A stretch of 64,000 nucleotides of DNA, taken from positions 1 through 64,000 of the forward strand of contig JBEIFH010000002.1 in NCBI GenBank assembly GCA_040382515.1. The letters are read 5' to 3'. The notes under the pieces were generated by a model. The model saw nothing but the letters and a program-made list of their open reading frames with translations. It was not told where the DNA came from and ran no database searches. Of the stretch, positions 40,833-50,713 are shown one piece after another. A program made the position numbers and the translations under genes. Every line of letters starts with the position of its first letter. The first letter of the stretch is position 1. This stretch comes from Chlamydiia bacterium (GTDB lineage Bacteria > Chlamydiota > Chlamydiia > Chlamydiales > RGXB01).

Positions 40833-41836
40833 TTTGTCTGGGAATTGAAAGCACATGCGACGAGACCTCAATTGCGGTGATCACAGACCGTTTTGAAATC
40901 CTTTCTAATGTCATCTATTCCCAAGCAGACCTGCACAGCCGGTTCGGCGGCGTTTTCCCCGAGCTGGCTGCACGTGAACACCTGGAAAAAATCACACCCT
41001 GTTATTTAGAGGCCCTTGAAAAAGCAAACGTCAGACCTGAAGAGATCGATCTCATTGCCGTAGCGCATGGTCCGGGATTGATTGGTTCTATACAGATCGG
41101 CCTCACATTTGCTAAAACGTTGGCCCTCTCTTTAAATATCCCCTTTGTTGCAGTCAATCACATACACGCCCACCTTGTCGCCCCTCTTTTAGAAAACAAA
41201 CATGCTTTTGATCTTTTTGGAGCGCTGGGGATAGTCCTTTCCGGTGGCCATACGCAAATTTTTTGGATGGAAACCCCGCTCGAAATACAGACAATCGGCT
41301 CGACCATTGATGACGCGATAGGAGAGTGTTTCGATAAATGCGCCAAACTTTGCGATCTTCCCTACCCGGGCGGCCCCCATGTGGAAAGGTTGGCTAAGAG
41401 CGGAAATCGGTCAAAAATTTTGCTTAAAAGCTGTAAAGTCAAGGAAGCTCCCCTCTCCTTTTCCTTCAGCGGACTCAAGACCCAAGTGCTGTATGCGCTA
41501 AAAAATCCCGAAATCCTCAAGGAAGATCTTTTAGCCTCTTTTCAACATGTCGCCTTCCAAGATGTTTTGGATAAAGCGCTTCTTGCGGTCCAAATGTTTC
41601 AACCAAAATCCCTGTTTATAGGGGGAGGGGTCGCATCAAGTCAAACACTTAGAACCTATTTTAATGAGTTCCCCTTCCCTGTTTTTTTCCCCTCCAAAGA
41701 GCTCGCTCTAGACAATGGAGCTATGATTGCAGCCCTTGGGATTTTGCAATTTAAAAAGACGGGACCCTCCCCCATCGATGTGGAGCCCAAAACACGGATA
41801 CCATTCCCAAAATTTGCACCACTTGTCCTTTCATGA
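40829..41836 (+). CDS. tsaD: tRNA N6-threonylcarbamoyltransferase
   Basis: GIESTCDET, GGVFPELAAREH, NHIHAH, SGGHT, DDAIGECFDK, SFSGLKT, DNGAMIA. Confidence 0.97.
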   Translation: MICLGIESTCDETSIAVITDRFEILSNVIYSQADLHSRFGGVFPELAAREHLEKITPCYLEALEKANVRPEEIDLIAVAHGPGLIGSIQIGLTFAKTLALSLNIPFVAVNHIHAHLVAPLLENKHAFDLFGALGIVLSGGHTQIFWMETPLEIQTIGSTIDDAIGECFDKCAKLCDLPYPGGPHVERLAKSGNRSKILLKSCKVKEAPLSFSFSGLKTQVLYALKNPEILKEDLLASFQHVAFQDVLDKALLAVQMFQPKSLFIGGGVASSQTLRTYFNEFPFPVFFPSKELALDNGAMIAALGILQFKKTGPSPIDVEPKTRIPFPKFAPLVLS

Positions 41837-42054
41837 TTGCAGCCCTTGGGATTTTGCAATTTAAAAAGACAAGGACCCTCCCCCATCGATGTGGAGTCAA
41901 AAACAAGGGATCCCATTTTCAAAATTTGCACCACTTGTCCTTTCATGATTGGAGCCCTTGGGATTTTGCAATTTAAAAAGACAAGAACCTCCCCCATCGA
42001 TGTGGGGCCCAAAACAAGGATACCATTCCCAAAATTTGCGCCGCCTGCCCTTTG
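41723..42054 (+). repeat. Three tandem ~110-bp copies of the tsaD 3' end
   Basis: Units start with ATGATTG(C/G)AGCCCTTGGGATTTTGCAATTTAAAAAGAC at 41723, 41833 and 41945; copy 1 vs copy 3 differ at ~11 of 110 positions by hand count. Confidence 0.97.
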
Positions 42055-42252
42055 TCTAGAAAACTTGAAATCACATGGGTTTAAGTCCTAAAAACCTAGG
42101 GCGTTTCGGGTCGGTTTCTCACTCCATAAATGGGGTACATAAAAAGATTTTTATAAGACGAGTTTTTTTGAACCGGATCCGGTGCACCTTTCACTAGCGT
42201 AAAATTCAAAAAAGCGCTAGAATCTCTAGGAAAGAATTCTAAGGTATTCAAA

Positions 42253-42417
42253 ATGGCCAAAAAGAAAGCTGCCCGTCATACGATTCAATTGAGAAGTAGC
42301 GAATCTTCCCACATGTACTCTACCCAAAAGAATAAGAACAATACCACCGGTCGTGTAGAGCTCATGAAATTCGATCCTATTGTTAAAAAACATGTAATGT
42401 ATAAAGAGAAGAAGTAA
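42253..42417 (+). CDS. rpmG: 50S ribosomal protein L33 (Cys-free type)
   Basis: Not in ORF track. [54 protein letters not shown]. Confidence 0.95.
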   Translation: MAKKKAARHTIQLRSSESSHMYSTQKNKNNTTGRVELMKFDPIVKKHVMYKEKK

Positions 42418-42437
42418 TATTCTTTGAAAAATCTGCT

Positions 42438-43877
42438 TTGTTTGAATTAAAGACAATTTATCGTTTTATCATCCCGAGAAAAGGGGAGATTTCATCTTCC
42501 CTAATGTCTTTTATTTCTCTTTTTATCATCACCCTTGTCACATGGCTTTCTTTAGTTTTCCTTTCGGTCGCTGACGGCATTGAAAGGGGCTGGGTGCATC
42601 GGCTCACATCCATACACGGCCCTTTAAAAATCGTACCTACCGAAGCCTACCACTCCTCCTATTACAATAAAATCGACCTATACAAATACGATAGCGATTA
42701 CAGAACCAAATCCCTTAGAGAAAAAAGAGCTTCTGTCGAGCCTTTGGAAATCAATGCCGAGATTGATGAAGAGCTTCCGGAGGATTTCCCTACCCCTATC
42801 ATGAATCACGAGGGGAAACCCGTCGATTTATTGAAAAAAGTTTTTTCTATAATCGAAGATTTAAAAACTCAAAAATTGGTCGATAAAGCCGATGAGTATG
42901 AGATCACCGGAGCGATGATGCGGCTCAGGATATTTTCCAAAAAGGATTATGGCTACAATTTGATTTCCCAGGCCTCTTACATCATGTCCTATGACTCTAC
43001 TACGATCCACCTATTACCTGAACCTGTAGCCCAAAAGACACACTACACCCCCATCTTTTTACCGAAAAGCTTTCAAGACGGGGGGGCAAAAATCCATGAT
43101 GTGGGGCAATTAACGATCTACAATGGGTTTTCTACAGCAACCGTTGAGGAAAACAACCCTTTTGAAATCGTTGGATTTTATGATGCCGGTACGTTGCAAA
43201 TAGGGCCTAAATGCTTGTTTGCCCCGTACGCTTTCGTCTCAAAGCTTAGAAGCCAGGGGCAACTGGAATCGATCGACCCTATACTTACCAGCGGAATCCG
43301 TTTAAAGCTTTTTTCAAGCGATGACGCCCTAAACGTGGCGAGCAAACTCAAGGAGGCTTTCGAAGCTGAAGGGCTTTCCCCTTTTTTTGACATCGTTCCC
43401 TACACCGAGTACGGGTTTGTCAAAGAGATTCTTCTCTCCTTCAAAAGCGATAAAATCCTCTATAGCATCATCGCACTCCTTGTCCTTGTGGTTGCTGCAA
43501 GCAATATCGTATCGGTTCTGTTGCTCATCGTCCACCAATCACGCAAAGAAATCGCCCTCTTAACGGCTCTTGGAGCAAGTAAACGCTCTTTAAAGTTGAT
43601 CTACTCGGGACTCGGTTTTACTTTGGGATCCATCGGGTCGATTTTAGGTCTGGCCCTTGCTTTTATTACGATGAAAAATCTCCCGGTAATTTTGCAAAAA
43701 GTCCACATTTTCCAAGGATATGAAAACCTTTTCTCCCAATCTGTCCCGACCACCCTTAGCCCTTTTTCCCTGTTAGTGGTTCTGATTGGAACGCCTATGA
43801 TTGCCTGGTTTGCGGGCTGGATACCGGCTTACAAAGCGACACGCTATAAACCTAGCGAACTCTTAAGGTCCTTATGA
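42438..43877 (+). CDS. LolC/E-type lipoprotein-release ABC permease
   Basis: N-terminal TM, periplasmic domain, AASNIVS..RKEIALLTALGAS, IPAYKA..PSELLR; upstream of lolD. Confidence 0.87.
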   Translation: MFELKTIYRFIIPRKGEISSSLMSFISLFIITLVTWLSLVFLSVADGIERGWVHRLTSIHGPLKIVPTEAYHSSYYNKIDLYKYDSDYRTKSLREKRASVEPLEINAEIDEELPEDFPTPIMNHEGKPVDLLKKVFSIIEDLKTQKLVDKADEYEITGAMMRLRIFSKKDYGYNLISQASYIMSYDSTTIHLLPEPVAQKTHYTPIFLPKSFQDGGAKIHDVGQLTIYNGFSTATVEENNPFEIVGFYDAGTLQIGPKCLFAPYAFVSKLRSQGQLESIDPILTSGIRLKLFSSDDALNVASKLKEAFEAEGLSPFFDIVPYTEYGFVKEILLSFKSDKILYSIIALLVLVVAASNIVSVLLLIVHQSRKEIALLTALGASKRSLKLIYSGLGFTLGSIGSILGLALAFITMKNLPVILQKVHIFQGYENLFSQSVPTTLSPFSLLVVLIGTPMIAWFAGWIPAYKATRYKPSELLRSL

Positions 43878-44503
43878 TGCTACTAGCCCAAAATCTTAAA
43901 AAAAGCTTTGATGATCGGGAGCTTTTCGGTGAGATTTCTCTCTCCATTCCTGAGGGGAAAAAGATAGCAATTACCGGAAGATCGGGTAGCGGAAAGACAA
44001 CCCTATTAAATATATTGGGGCTGATCGAGTCCTCTGACGAGGGGAAGCTTGAGATTGAGGGGATCTTGGTGGATCAAAATTCCAACAAAGTCCGGAATCA
44101 AAAAATCGGGTTTATTTTTCAGTTTCACTACCTTAACCCCGATCTGACCGTTTTTGAGAATTTAGAGCTCCCTAGGCTAATTCAAGGAAAGAGGCTTACG
44201 AGACAAGAGGCTCTAGAGCTTCTTAAAAAAGTTCACCTAGAGGAAAAATTGGAGGCGCCGGCCAAAATCTTGAGCGGAGGGCAGAAGCAACGGGTAGCTT
44301 TTGCGAGAGCTCTGGTCAATCAGCCGAAACTCATCCTTGCCGACGAACCTACCGGTCAACTTGATCCGTCAATGGCGCTCGAAATGATGGATATTCTTAC
44401 CTCCTTGCCACAGGCGGTAGTCTTGGTCACCCACGACCGTCAATTTGCGATGAAAATGGAAGAGCGGTATGAACTTGTAAACCAGCGTCTGGTTGCATGG
44501 TAG
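43874..44503 (+). CDS. lolD: LolD-type ABC ATPase
   Basis: GRSGSGKTT, GFIFQFHYL, LSGGQKQR, LADEPTG, VTHD. Confidence 0.9.
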   Translation: MMLLAQNLKKSFDDRELFGEISLSIPEGKKIAITGRSGSGKTTLLNILGLIESSDEGKLEIEGILVDQNSNKVRNQKIGFIFQFHYLNPDLTVFENLELPRLIQGKRLTRQEALELLKKVHLEEKLEAPAKILSGGQKQRVAFARALVNQPKLILADEPTGQLDPSMALEMMDILTSLPQAVVLVTHDRQFAMKMEERYELVNQRLVAW

Positions 44504-45054
44504 TTTCTATAGTACCCATTTGTGTTTTAGCAATATCCAACCGCTTCTCTAAAATGCGGGCCTTTTGGATTTGTGCCGCATTAGGCTTTATAGCAGATTT
44601 GTTCGTGCTTACGCTGCCATTAGGCTTTTACACATTTCTTTGTCCGCTGTTATCGTTTATATGGACAACGGCCTCCCCTTACCTGCCACCGGTTAAGAGC
44701 TTCTTCGCCCTACCGGGAATTTTTCTATTTTTTTCCCTTTTTTCTCTTCTGGAGTCTATTCCACTAGGCTATTTTGACCACCCCTTGATCGATTTCGTAG
44801 TGGGCCCTTTGATCGATTGTTCAATTTTTGGTCTTTTAGTCTTATCAGCATTAGCCTATAGGTATTTCCAACCGGCCCTTTTATTAGTTGACCTTTTAGA
44901 AAAAACCGGAACCTTCTTTTTCCTTAAAAAGGGTTTTTTTCGTATCTTGAAAATTAGATCCGAAACGGGGATACGAACTGGACCACTTTCATTTGGTGGC
45001 AGGACATCTAAAGCAACACTTAAAGCTAACAAAGGTACCTATGGAACTGAGTAG
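44497..45054 (+). CDS. Membrane protein, possibly MreD-like
   Basis: Several TM segments; GFIADLF..PLG pattern; ATG overlaps the lolD end; polar C-tail looks like read-through. Confidence 0.5.
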   Translation: MVVSIVPICVLAISNRFSKMRAFWICAALGFIADLFVLTLPLGFYTFLCPLLSFIWTTASPYLPPVKSFFALPGIFLFFSLFSLLESIPLGYFDHPLIDFVVGPLIDCSIFGLLVLSALAYRYFQPALLLVDLLEKTGTFFFLKKGFFRILKIRSETGIRTGPLSFGGRTSKATLKANKGTYGTE

Positions 45055-45724
45055 ACTGGAACTAGCAAAAAAAATGGCAGTAGAGGTCGGAGACTTGGCT
45101 CATGCACGCTTCAAGGAGACCCACTCGGTTCTATACAAAGATATCTTAAAAACCGATCCGGTCACAGATGTAGATCGTATCTGCGAACAGATGATTGTTG
45201 CATCGATCAGTAAATATTTTCCCGAGGATGGAATTCTTGGTGAGGAAGGGGGCTCTTATAATACCAATACGCAAAATTTTTGGGTGATCGATCCGTTGGA
45301 CGGAACACAAAACTATATCCACCATCTCCCCCTTTTTTGCGTCTCCATTTGCTATGTCGAGCATAATGTACCGCAAATCGGCGTCATTTACGCACCGGTT
45401 TTCGGCGAGCTTTATGTTTCTACGAAAGGGGGTGGCGCGACGATGAACGGTCAAAAAATCTCCGTATCGGCTGAAACCTATGATTTTAGCCGTCATTTCG
45501 GGACCTCTGTCCTCTCATTAGCGTGGGTCTCTTGCGGGCGTTTATCGTATTACAAAGCGCATGAACTTTTCCCATGGGATTTTGCCGCCGGAGCGCTCAT
45601 GGTTCAAGAGGCGGGCGGTATCGCTTGCACTCTTGAAAATACGCCGCTCATTTTTTTTCAACCCCAGTCGTTTTTCGCATCTAACCTCCACCTGAAAACA
45701 AAACACTTCGAAGGTACGAAATGA
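45041..45724 (+). CDS. suhB: Inositol monophosphatase family protein
   Basis: ILGEEG, WVIDPLDGTQNY, PWDFAAGALMVQEAGG. Start probably ATG 45041. Confidence 0.88.
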   Translation: MELSRLELAKKMAVEVGDLAHARFKETHSVLYKDILKTDPVTDVDRICEQMIVASISKYFPEDGILGEEGGSYNTNTQNFWVIDPLDGTQNYIHHLPLFCVSICYVEHNVPQIGVIYAPVFGELYVSTKGGGATMNGQKISVSAETYDFSRHFGTSVLSLAWVSCGRLSYYKAHELFPWDFAAGALMVQEAGGIACTLENTPLIFFQPQSFFASNLHLKTKHFEGTK

Positions 45725-46566
45725 CTCTGATCCTCGACGGAAAATACGCAAGCCAGACCCTCTTATCAAGACAAAAAATCCCTACAACAACCTCCCCGCA
45801 GATCGTATTTATTTTAGTAGGGAACCACCCTGCCTCGTTGTCTTACATCTCGATTAAACAAAAAGCCTGCCAACAGCAGGCGATCCGCTCTCATATAGTA
45901 CGCCTTGAGGAGCACACCACCCTAAAACACCTGATTGAGGAGATTAAAAAGCTCAACAACGATCCGGATGTGGACGGTATCTTGGTGCAACTTCCGCTCC
46001 CGGTTCACATCCCTATGCAGCCGGTGATCGAAGCGATAGATCCTAAAAAAGATGTCGATTGCCTCCACCCTTTCAACCTAGGGCGGCTGACGATGGGTGA
46101 CACGACAGGCCTACTCCCCTGCACTCCGTGCGGAATTTTAGAGCTTTTAAATTTTTACGAGATCGATGCGTATCAAAAAGAGATTTGCATCCTAGGAAGA
46201 AGCTCGATTGTCGGACGCCCTCTTTCAATCCTGGTCTCTTTGAAGTCTACTCTAGATTCTACAGTTACCCTTTGTCATCAGGGGACAAAAAATCTTTTTG
46301 AACACACAAAAAAAGCAGACATCCTGGTGGCTGCGATGGGCAAACCCCATTTTATAAAAAAAGAGCACATTAAAGAGGGTGCCGTGGTGATCGATGTAGG
46401 GATCAATCGGGAGGGGGATAGACTCGTAGGAGACATCGACTTTTCTAGCGTCAAACAAAAAGCAAAAGCAATAACCCCTGTTCCCGGTGGTGTGGGGCCA
46501 ATGACCGTTTATGCATTGCTACAAAATGCCCTAAAAGCACATAAACAAAGAATAGAGAACACATAG
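45721..46566 (+). CDS. folD: Methylenetetrahydrofolate dehydrogenase/cyclohydrolase
   Basis: GILVQLPLP, KDVD, PCTP, GRSSIVGRP, IDVGIN, TPVPGGVGPMT. Confidence 0.97.
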   Translation: MTLILDGKYASQTLLSRQKIPTTTSPQIVFILVGNHPASLSYISIKQKACQQQAIRSHIVRLEEHTTLKHLIEEIKKLNNDPDVDGILVQLPLPVHIPMQPVIEAIDPKKDVDCLHPFNLGRLTMGDTTGLLPCTPCGILELLNFYEIDAYQKEICILGRSSIVGRPLSILVSLKSTLDSTVTLCHQGTKNLFEHTKKADILVAAMGKPHFIKKEHIKEGAVVIDVGINREGDRLVGDIDFSSVKQKAKAITPVPGGVGPMTVYALLQNALKAHKQRIENT

Positions 46567-46584
46567 AACATAAGCCAGGTCCCC

Positions 46585-48738
46585 TTGACTAAAAAAAATA
46601 GCCCAAATCTCCTTGATCTTGAAAAAGAATTTGCGATCAAGGCGCCCCATTTGAAAGCTGAAATGCAACACTGTCTGGAATTGATTAAGATGTACCTCGA
46701 TAAGAAAGGGCGTAACGTTTTCAATCTGCATGATTTAAATAAATCTTTTCGACTTCCAAACAAGCTCAAAGCGGTTCTAGTCCTGCTAGTGGAACAGTTG
46801 ACAAAAGAAGGCTTTCTAAAAAAAGATCTGGATATCTACAGCCTAAATCAGGCGAGAGAATCTTTGACCCCGCTCGAGGAAAATGTGGGTAAAATTTCTA
46901 TCCATCCGAATGGTTTTGGTTTTGTTAGCCTAAAGCAATTCGACGTTTTCATCCCAAAACACCTCGTTCTTAACGCGATGGACCAAGATCTTGTAGAGAT
47001 CGAAGTTCTCTCTATTGAAGGGAGAAACAAAAAAGGGCCCGAGGGGCGGGTAACACGGGTTGTAAAAAGAAACAAATCCTCAATATTGGGGACTGTTGTA
47101 GAGATCAAACCCGGCTCTTTACACGTACGCGCCTCCTTGCAAGGGGAATCGGAGCTGGCCCATGTGCCTATGCCGACAACCCCCGTTGAAGTAGGAGATC
47201 GGGTCTTGCTCGAGGTCCATTCATTACGAAATCAACTCCATTTGACTTTTGAAAGAAAGCTTGGCTCTATCTATGACCCGTTAAAAGACTTAGAAGCTAT
47301 AAAAGAAGAATACACCCTTCCAAAAGAATTTCCCGACGAAGCTCTTAACGAAGCGCGCTCTTTTGGCGACAAAGTTGACAAAAGCCAGCATCAGGACCGT
47401 AAAGATCTTACCGATCTTTTCACCATCACCATCGATCCAAAAACGGCAAAAGATTACGACGACGCCCTTTCTATCGAAAAAACCAAAAACGGCTATAAGC
47501 TATTTGTCCATGTCGCAGACGCCTCCTACTATGTGCAAAAAGGATCAGCTCTGGATCAAGAGGCTATTTTAAGAAAAAATTCCACCTACCTCGTCGGGAC
47601 TTGCATCCCTATGCTTCCCCATGTTTTATCAGATAATCTTTGCAGCTTAAAAGAGGGTGTCCCCCGTTTGGCTGTTACAATCGAGATGGACTTGAACCAC
47701 AGTGGCCACCTTGAAAAGAGTCAAATTTACCGCAGTATTATCCAGAGCAATCATCGCCTCTCTTACGAGCAGGCCTTTGAGATCATGCACCAAGAGGATA
47801 AAACTTTTCTAAAAGAGCAACTTGTTTTGATGAAAGAACTGGCGCTCCATCTCAAGTCTTTAAAGCATCAAAGGGGTTCGGTCGACCTCTCTTTGAGTGA
47901 GATTGTTTGGAGGCTTGGGGAGGACGGTGTCCCGAGCGGATTTGAAATCAGCCACTACGATATCACCCACCAACTTGTCGAAGAGTTTATGCTCAAAGCC
48001 AATGAGGTGATCGCAACAGAGCTCAAAAATCGGGACGTAGCCCTGATTTACAGAGTGCATGAACCCCCATCCCCTGAAACAATGATGGAATTCAAAAATT
48101 TCTGCGTACGCCTTGGGGTCATTATTCCACAAGAATTTGGTCCAAAAGAGCTCGCAAAAGTCTTTGAAGCACATAGGGAATCGGCCTTTATCTCTGAACT
48201 TTCTTCAAGATATATCCGCAGCATGCGCCTTGCCACCTACTCAACGGACAGAATCGGCCATCATGGCCTTATGCTTGAAAATTACACCCATTTCACTAGC
48301 CCGATTCGCAGATATGTCGATATTATTATCCACAGGCTGGTGTTTGGTGAAACGTACTCCCAAGAGGAGCTCGATGAGATTTCAAAAAACGCCTCGGAAA
48401 GAGAGCGTCACAGCGCTAGAGCCGAAATGAGCTATCTCATGCTGAAAAAAATCCGCTACCTTCACAGAAAGCATGAAAAAGATTCTGAGCGCATCTACAA
48501 GGCAACAATCACCCGTGTCAAGCCCTACGGTATTGTTTTTGAAGTGAAAGAGTACGGGGTTGAGGGCTTTCTTCATATATCAAAATTAGGAAACGACTAT
48601 TTTGAATTCCATCCTAAAAAAGAAAAAATCACCGGACAGCGCTCTTTGAAAACATTTGAGATTGGCTATCAATTCACTGTTCAAATAGAATCGGTGAATC
48701 TCTTATTTCAAGAGATCTTTTGGAAAATGAGCTCATAG
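46585..48738 (+). CDS. rnr: Ribonuclease R
   Basis: HPNGFGF, TIDPKTAKDYDDA, EEFMLKAN, YTHFTSPIRRY, C-terminal S1 domain. Confidence 0.95.
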   Translation: MTKKNSPNLLDLEKEFAIKAPHLKAEMQHCLELIKMYLDKKGRNVFNLHDLNKSFRLPNKLKAVLVLLVEQLTKEGFLKKDLDIYSLNQARESLTPLEENVGKISIHPNGFGFVSLKQFDVFIPKHLVLNAMDQDLVEIEVLSIEGRNKKGPEGRVTRVVKRNKSSILGTVVEIKPGSLHVRASLQGESELAHVPMPTTPVEVGDRVLLEVHSLRNQLHLTFERKLGSIYDPLKDLEAIKEEYTLPKEFPDEALNEARSFGDKVDKSQHQDRKDLTDLFTITIDPKTAKDYDDALSIEKTKNGYKLFVHVADASYYVQKGSALDQEAILRKNSTYLVGTCIPMLPHVLSDNLCSLKEGVPRLAVTIEMDLNHSGHLEKSQIYRSIIQSNHRLSYEQAFEIMHQEDKTFLKEQLVLMKELALHLKSLKHQRGSVDLSLSEIVWRLGEDGVPSGFEISHYDITHQLVEEFMLKANEVIATELKNRDVALIYRVHEPPSPETMMEFKNFCVRLGVIIPQEFGPKELAKVFEAHRESAFISELSSRYIRSMRLATYSTDRIGHHGLMLENYTHFTSPIRRYVDIIIHRLVFGETYSQEELDEISKNASERERHSARAEMSYLMLKKIRYLHRKHEKDSERIYKATITRVKPYGIVFEVKEYGVEGFLHISKLGNDYFEFHPKKEKITGQRSLKTFEIGYQFTVQIESVNLLFQEIFWKMSS

Positions 48739-48744
48739 GAACTC

Positions 48745-49398
48745 ATGAAGAAATACCTCATAACAGGAATGATCATCCTTCTTCCGCTCGCTGTAACAAT
48801 AGGATTGGTGGCCTTTATAGTAAAGCTGCTTACAAATCCTTTTGTAGGCTGGGTGACAAATTTCCTGGAAATGCACGATTTGCACACCGGCAAGATCTTT
48901 TTATTGAGCCAGGAACAGATTATTTTAATTCTTGCCCAATTGCTGATCCTTTTATCGTTATTTATCTTCACCCTATTTTTAGGGACGGTAACAAAATGGT
49001 TTTTTATAAAAACAATCATCGATTCATTCGATGCCCTTTTGCTTAAAATACCTCTTGTCAACAAAATATACAAAACTTCCCAGGAGATCATCCGCACCCT
49101 TTTTTCCTCCGAAAAAAATTCGTTTAAAGAGGTGGTTCTGGCACCCTACCCCAATAAAAATACGTATACCCTTGGGTTGATATCGAGAGATGCTCCCAAA
49201 TATTGCTCAACCGCAACTGGCAAAGACTTGATCACTGTATTTGTTATGACGGCACCTAATCCAACTACAGGATATCTCCTTTTGTTCAAGCGTGAAGAGC
49301 TGATACCCGTAAACATGAAAATTGAAGATGCGGTGAAATATATTATATCCTGCGGTATCCTTTTACCCGATTCTTCAAAAGAGAGAGGGCCCGAATGA
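48745..49398 (+). CDS. DUF502 membrane protein
   Basis: KKYLITG..LPLAVT, KIPLVNKIY, TAPNPTTGYL, KYIISCG. Confidence 0.88.
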   Translation: MKKYLITGMIILLPLAVTIGLVAFIVKLLTNPFVGWVTNFLEMHDLHTGKIFLLSQEQIILILAQLLILLSLFIFTLFLGTVTKWFFIKTIIDSFDALLLKIPLVNKIYKTSQEIIRTLFSSEKNSFKEVVLAPYPNKNTYTLGLISRDAPKYCSTATGKDLITVFVMTAPNPTTGYLLLFKREELIPVNMKIEDAVKYIISCGILLPDSSKERGPE

Positions 49399-49991
49399 GA
49401 CAATCGTTTATTACAGGCTTACTACTTTTGATCCCATTGGCAATCACATTTTGGGTTGTTAAGGTGTTTTTTGATCTCCTCTCAAATCCGCTTCTGACTT
49501 TGATCTCTCCGTTTGTCGATGCGATCAACCAATCCTGGGACCACCCCTATATTTTGCATTTTCTTGCCCGGATCTGCTCCATTTTCATCCTTTTTACGGG
49601 GGTGCTTTTGATCGGATTTATTGGGGAGCACCTTTTTGAGGGGTGGCTCCATAGGGCGATCGATGCCGTTGTATCCAGAATGCCTGTTGTAAAAACTGTG
49701 CATAAAGTGATCAAAGAGGTTTTGAAGCAGTTTACTACAAGCTCGCAATCTCCTTTGGAAAAACCCTCACTCATTCCCTACACTCTCGACACAAGCTACA
49801 TCGTCACCTCCCAGCTCCCGAAAGTACCGGTAGAAATCCAATCGCTCATTCCGGGATTTAAAGCCTACTATCTCCCCACCTCCCCGCAACCTCTGCATGG
49901 GATCCTCCTTTTTTCAAAAGAGGGCAAACAACTTGATACGAACTCCGAGGAAATGATAAAGTTTATTATTTCCTGTGGTGTGATTTCATGA
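49395..49991 (+). CDS. DUF502 membrane protein (diverged tandem paralogue)
   Basis: FITGLLLLIPLAIT, RMPVVKTVH, PTSPQPLHG, KFIISCG. Confidence 0.8.
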   Translation: MRQSFITGLLLLIPLAITFWVVKVFFDLLSNPLLTLISPFVDAINQSWDHPYILHFLARICSIFILFTGVLLIGFIGEHLFEGWLHRAIDAVVSRMPVVKTVHKVIKEVLKQFTTSSQSPLEKPSLIPYTLDTSYIVTSQLPKVPVEIQSLIPGFKAYYLPTSPQPLHGILLFSKEGKQLDTNSEEMIKFIISCGVIS

Positions 49992-50398
49992 ATGTAACCC
50001 TTTTTAATGTGAAAAAAAAAGCGGACACTACCGCTAAAATTTTGACTATATGCCGTAAAGCGGCAGAAAAAAAGATTTACCTCCAGATATGCTGCCCCAA
50101 TCAAAAAGCGGCGGTTTTTTTAGATGAATTTTTATGGAAATTTTCGGGAGAAGTTTTTTTACCCCACGCTGTAGATGAAACCCATACGATTGAACCTATT
50201 TTGGTCAGCCTAAAAACAGAGTTGACAAGACCTTTCACCCACGTTTTATGGCTTTGCCCCACCCCTCCTCCCAAAGAGCTGCGATGGGTACACCTATACG
50301 ATTTTGACGATGAAACGTCTGTGGGCTCCAGAGAAAAATCGCAGTCCAGATACCATTTTTATAAAGAGCTCGGTTGTAAAATCTCCCTTTTAAGCTAA
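49988..50398 (+). CDS. holC: DNA polymerase III chi subunit
   Basis: LDEFLW....FLPH, SRYHFYKELG motifs. Confidence 0.85.
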   Translation: MNVTLFNVKKKADTTAKILTICRKAAEKKIYLQICCPNQKAAVFLDEFLWKFSGEVFLPHAVDETHTIEPILVSLKTELTRPFTHVLWLCPTPPPKELRWVHLYDFDDETSVGSREKSQSRYHFYKELGCKISLLS

Positions 50399-50469
50399 GT
50401 CTTTATCGGGTATTAAATTTTTTATTTTAACCCATCTTCCCCTTTTGCAGGACGGACCGATTTTTCAAG

Positions 50470-50498
50470 TTGATTCATAACGGTCGAGTTGGTATACT
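50470..50498 (+). promoter_or_regulatory. Putative promoter of small-basic-protein/ybeY operon
   Basis: TTGATT-17 nt-TATACT with TG extension. Confidence 0.6.
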
Positions 50499-50528
50499 CT
50501 TTTTAAAACTTTTAGACTGGTATCAACC

Positions 50529-50690
50529 ATGGTAAGAATCAGCAAACAACAAGAAAGACGTTCCGTTTCTCCACGTAAACTTGCTTACAAACGCAAAATC
50601 ACGACCGGACCACTTCCTCAAAAAGAATTGAAGAGTAAGGTCAACGCGATCCAAAACGGAAACATCGCAGCTTTCATTCCTCAACTTTAA
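50529..50690 (+). CDS. Small basic chlamydial protein (CT421.1-like, 53 aa)
   Basis: Not in ORF track. MVRISKQQERRSVSPRKLAYKRKITTGPLPQKELKSKVNAIQNGNIAAFIPQL; conserved position before the PVC signature protein. Confidence 0.75.
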   Translation: MVRISKQQERRSVSPRKLAYKRKITTGPLPQKELKSKVNAIQNGNIAAFIPQL

Positions 50691-50713
50691 CGCTTTATTC
50701 ATAGGCTTTTAAG

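Noticed and set aside
41723..42054. Possible CRISPR array or DGR template/variable repeat
   Set aside because: Units are contiguous with no unique spacers, differences are not adenine-specific, and no cas or reverse transcriptase gene is in the window. The same applies to 57434-57971.
41656..42091. ORF-track ORFs 41656..42012 (-) and 41837..42091 (+)
   Set aside because: By-products of the tandem repeat; no independent coding evidence.
42226..42456. 76-aa minus-strand ORF
   Set aside because: Antisense shadow of rpmG on the plus strand.
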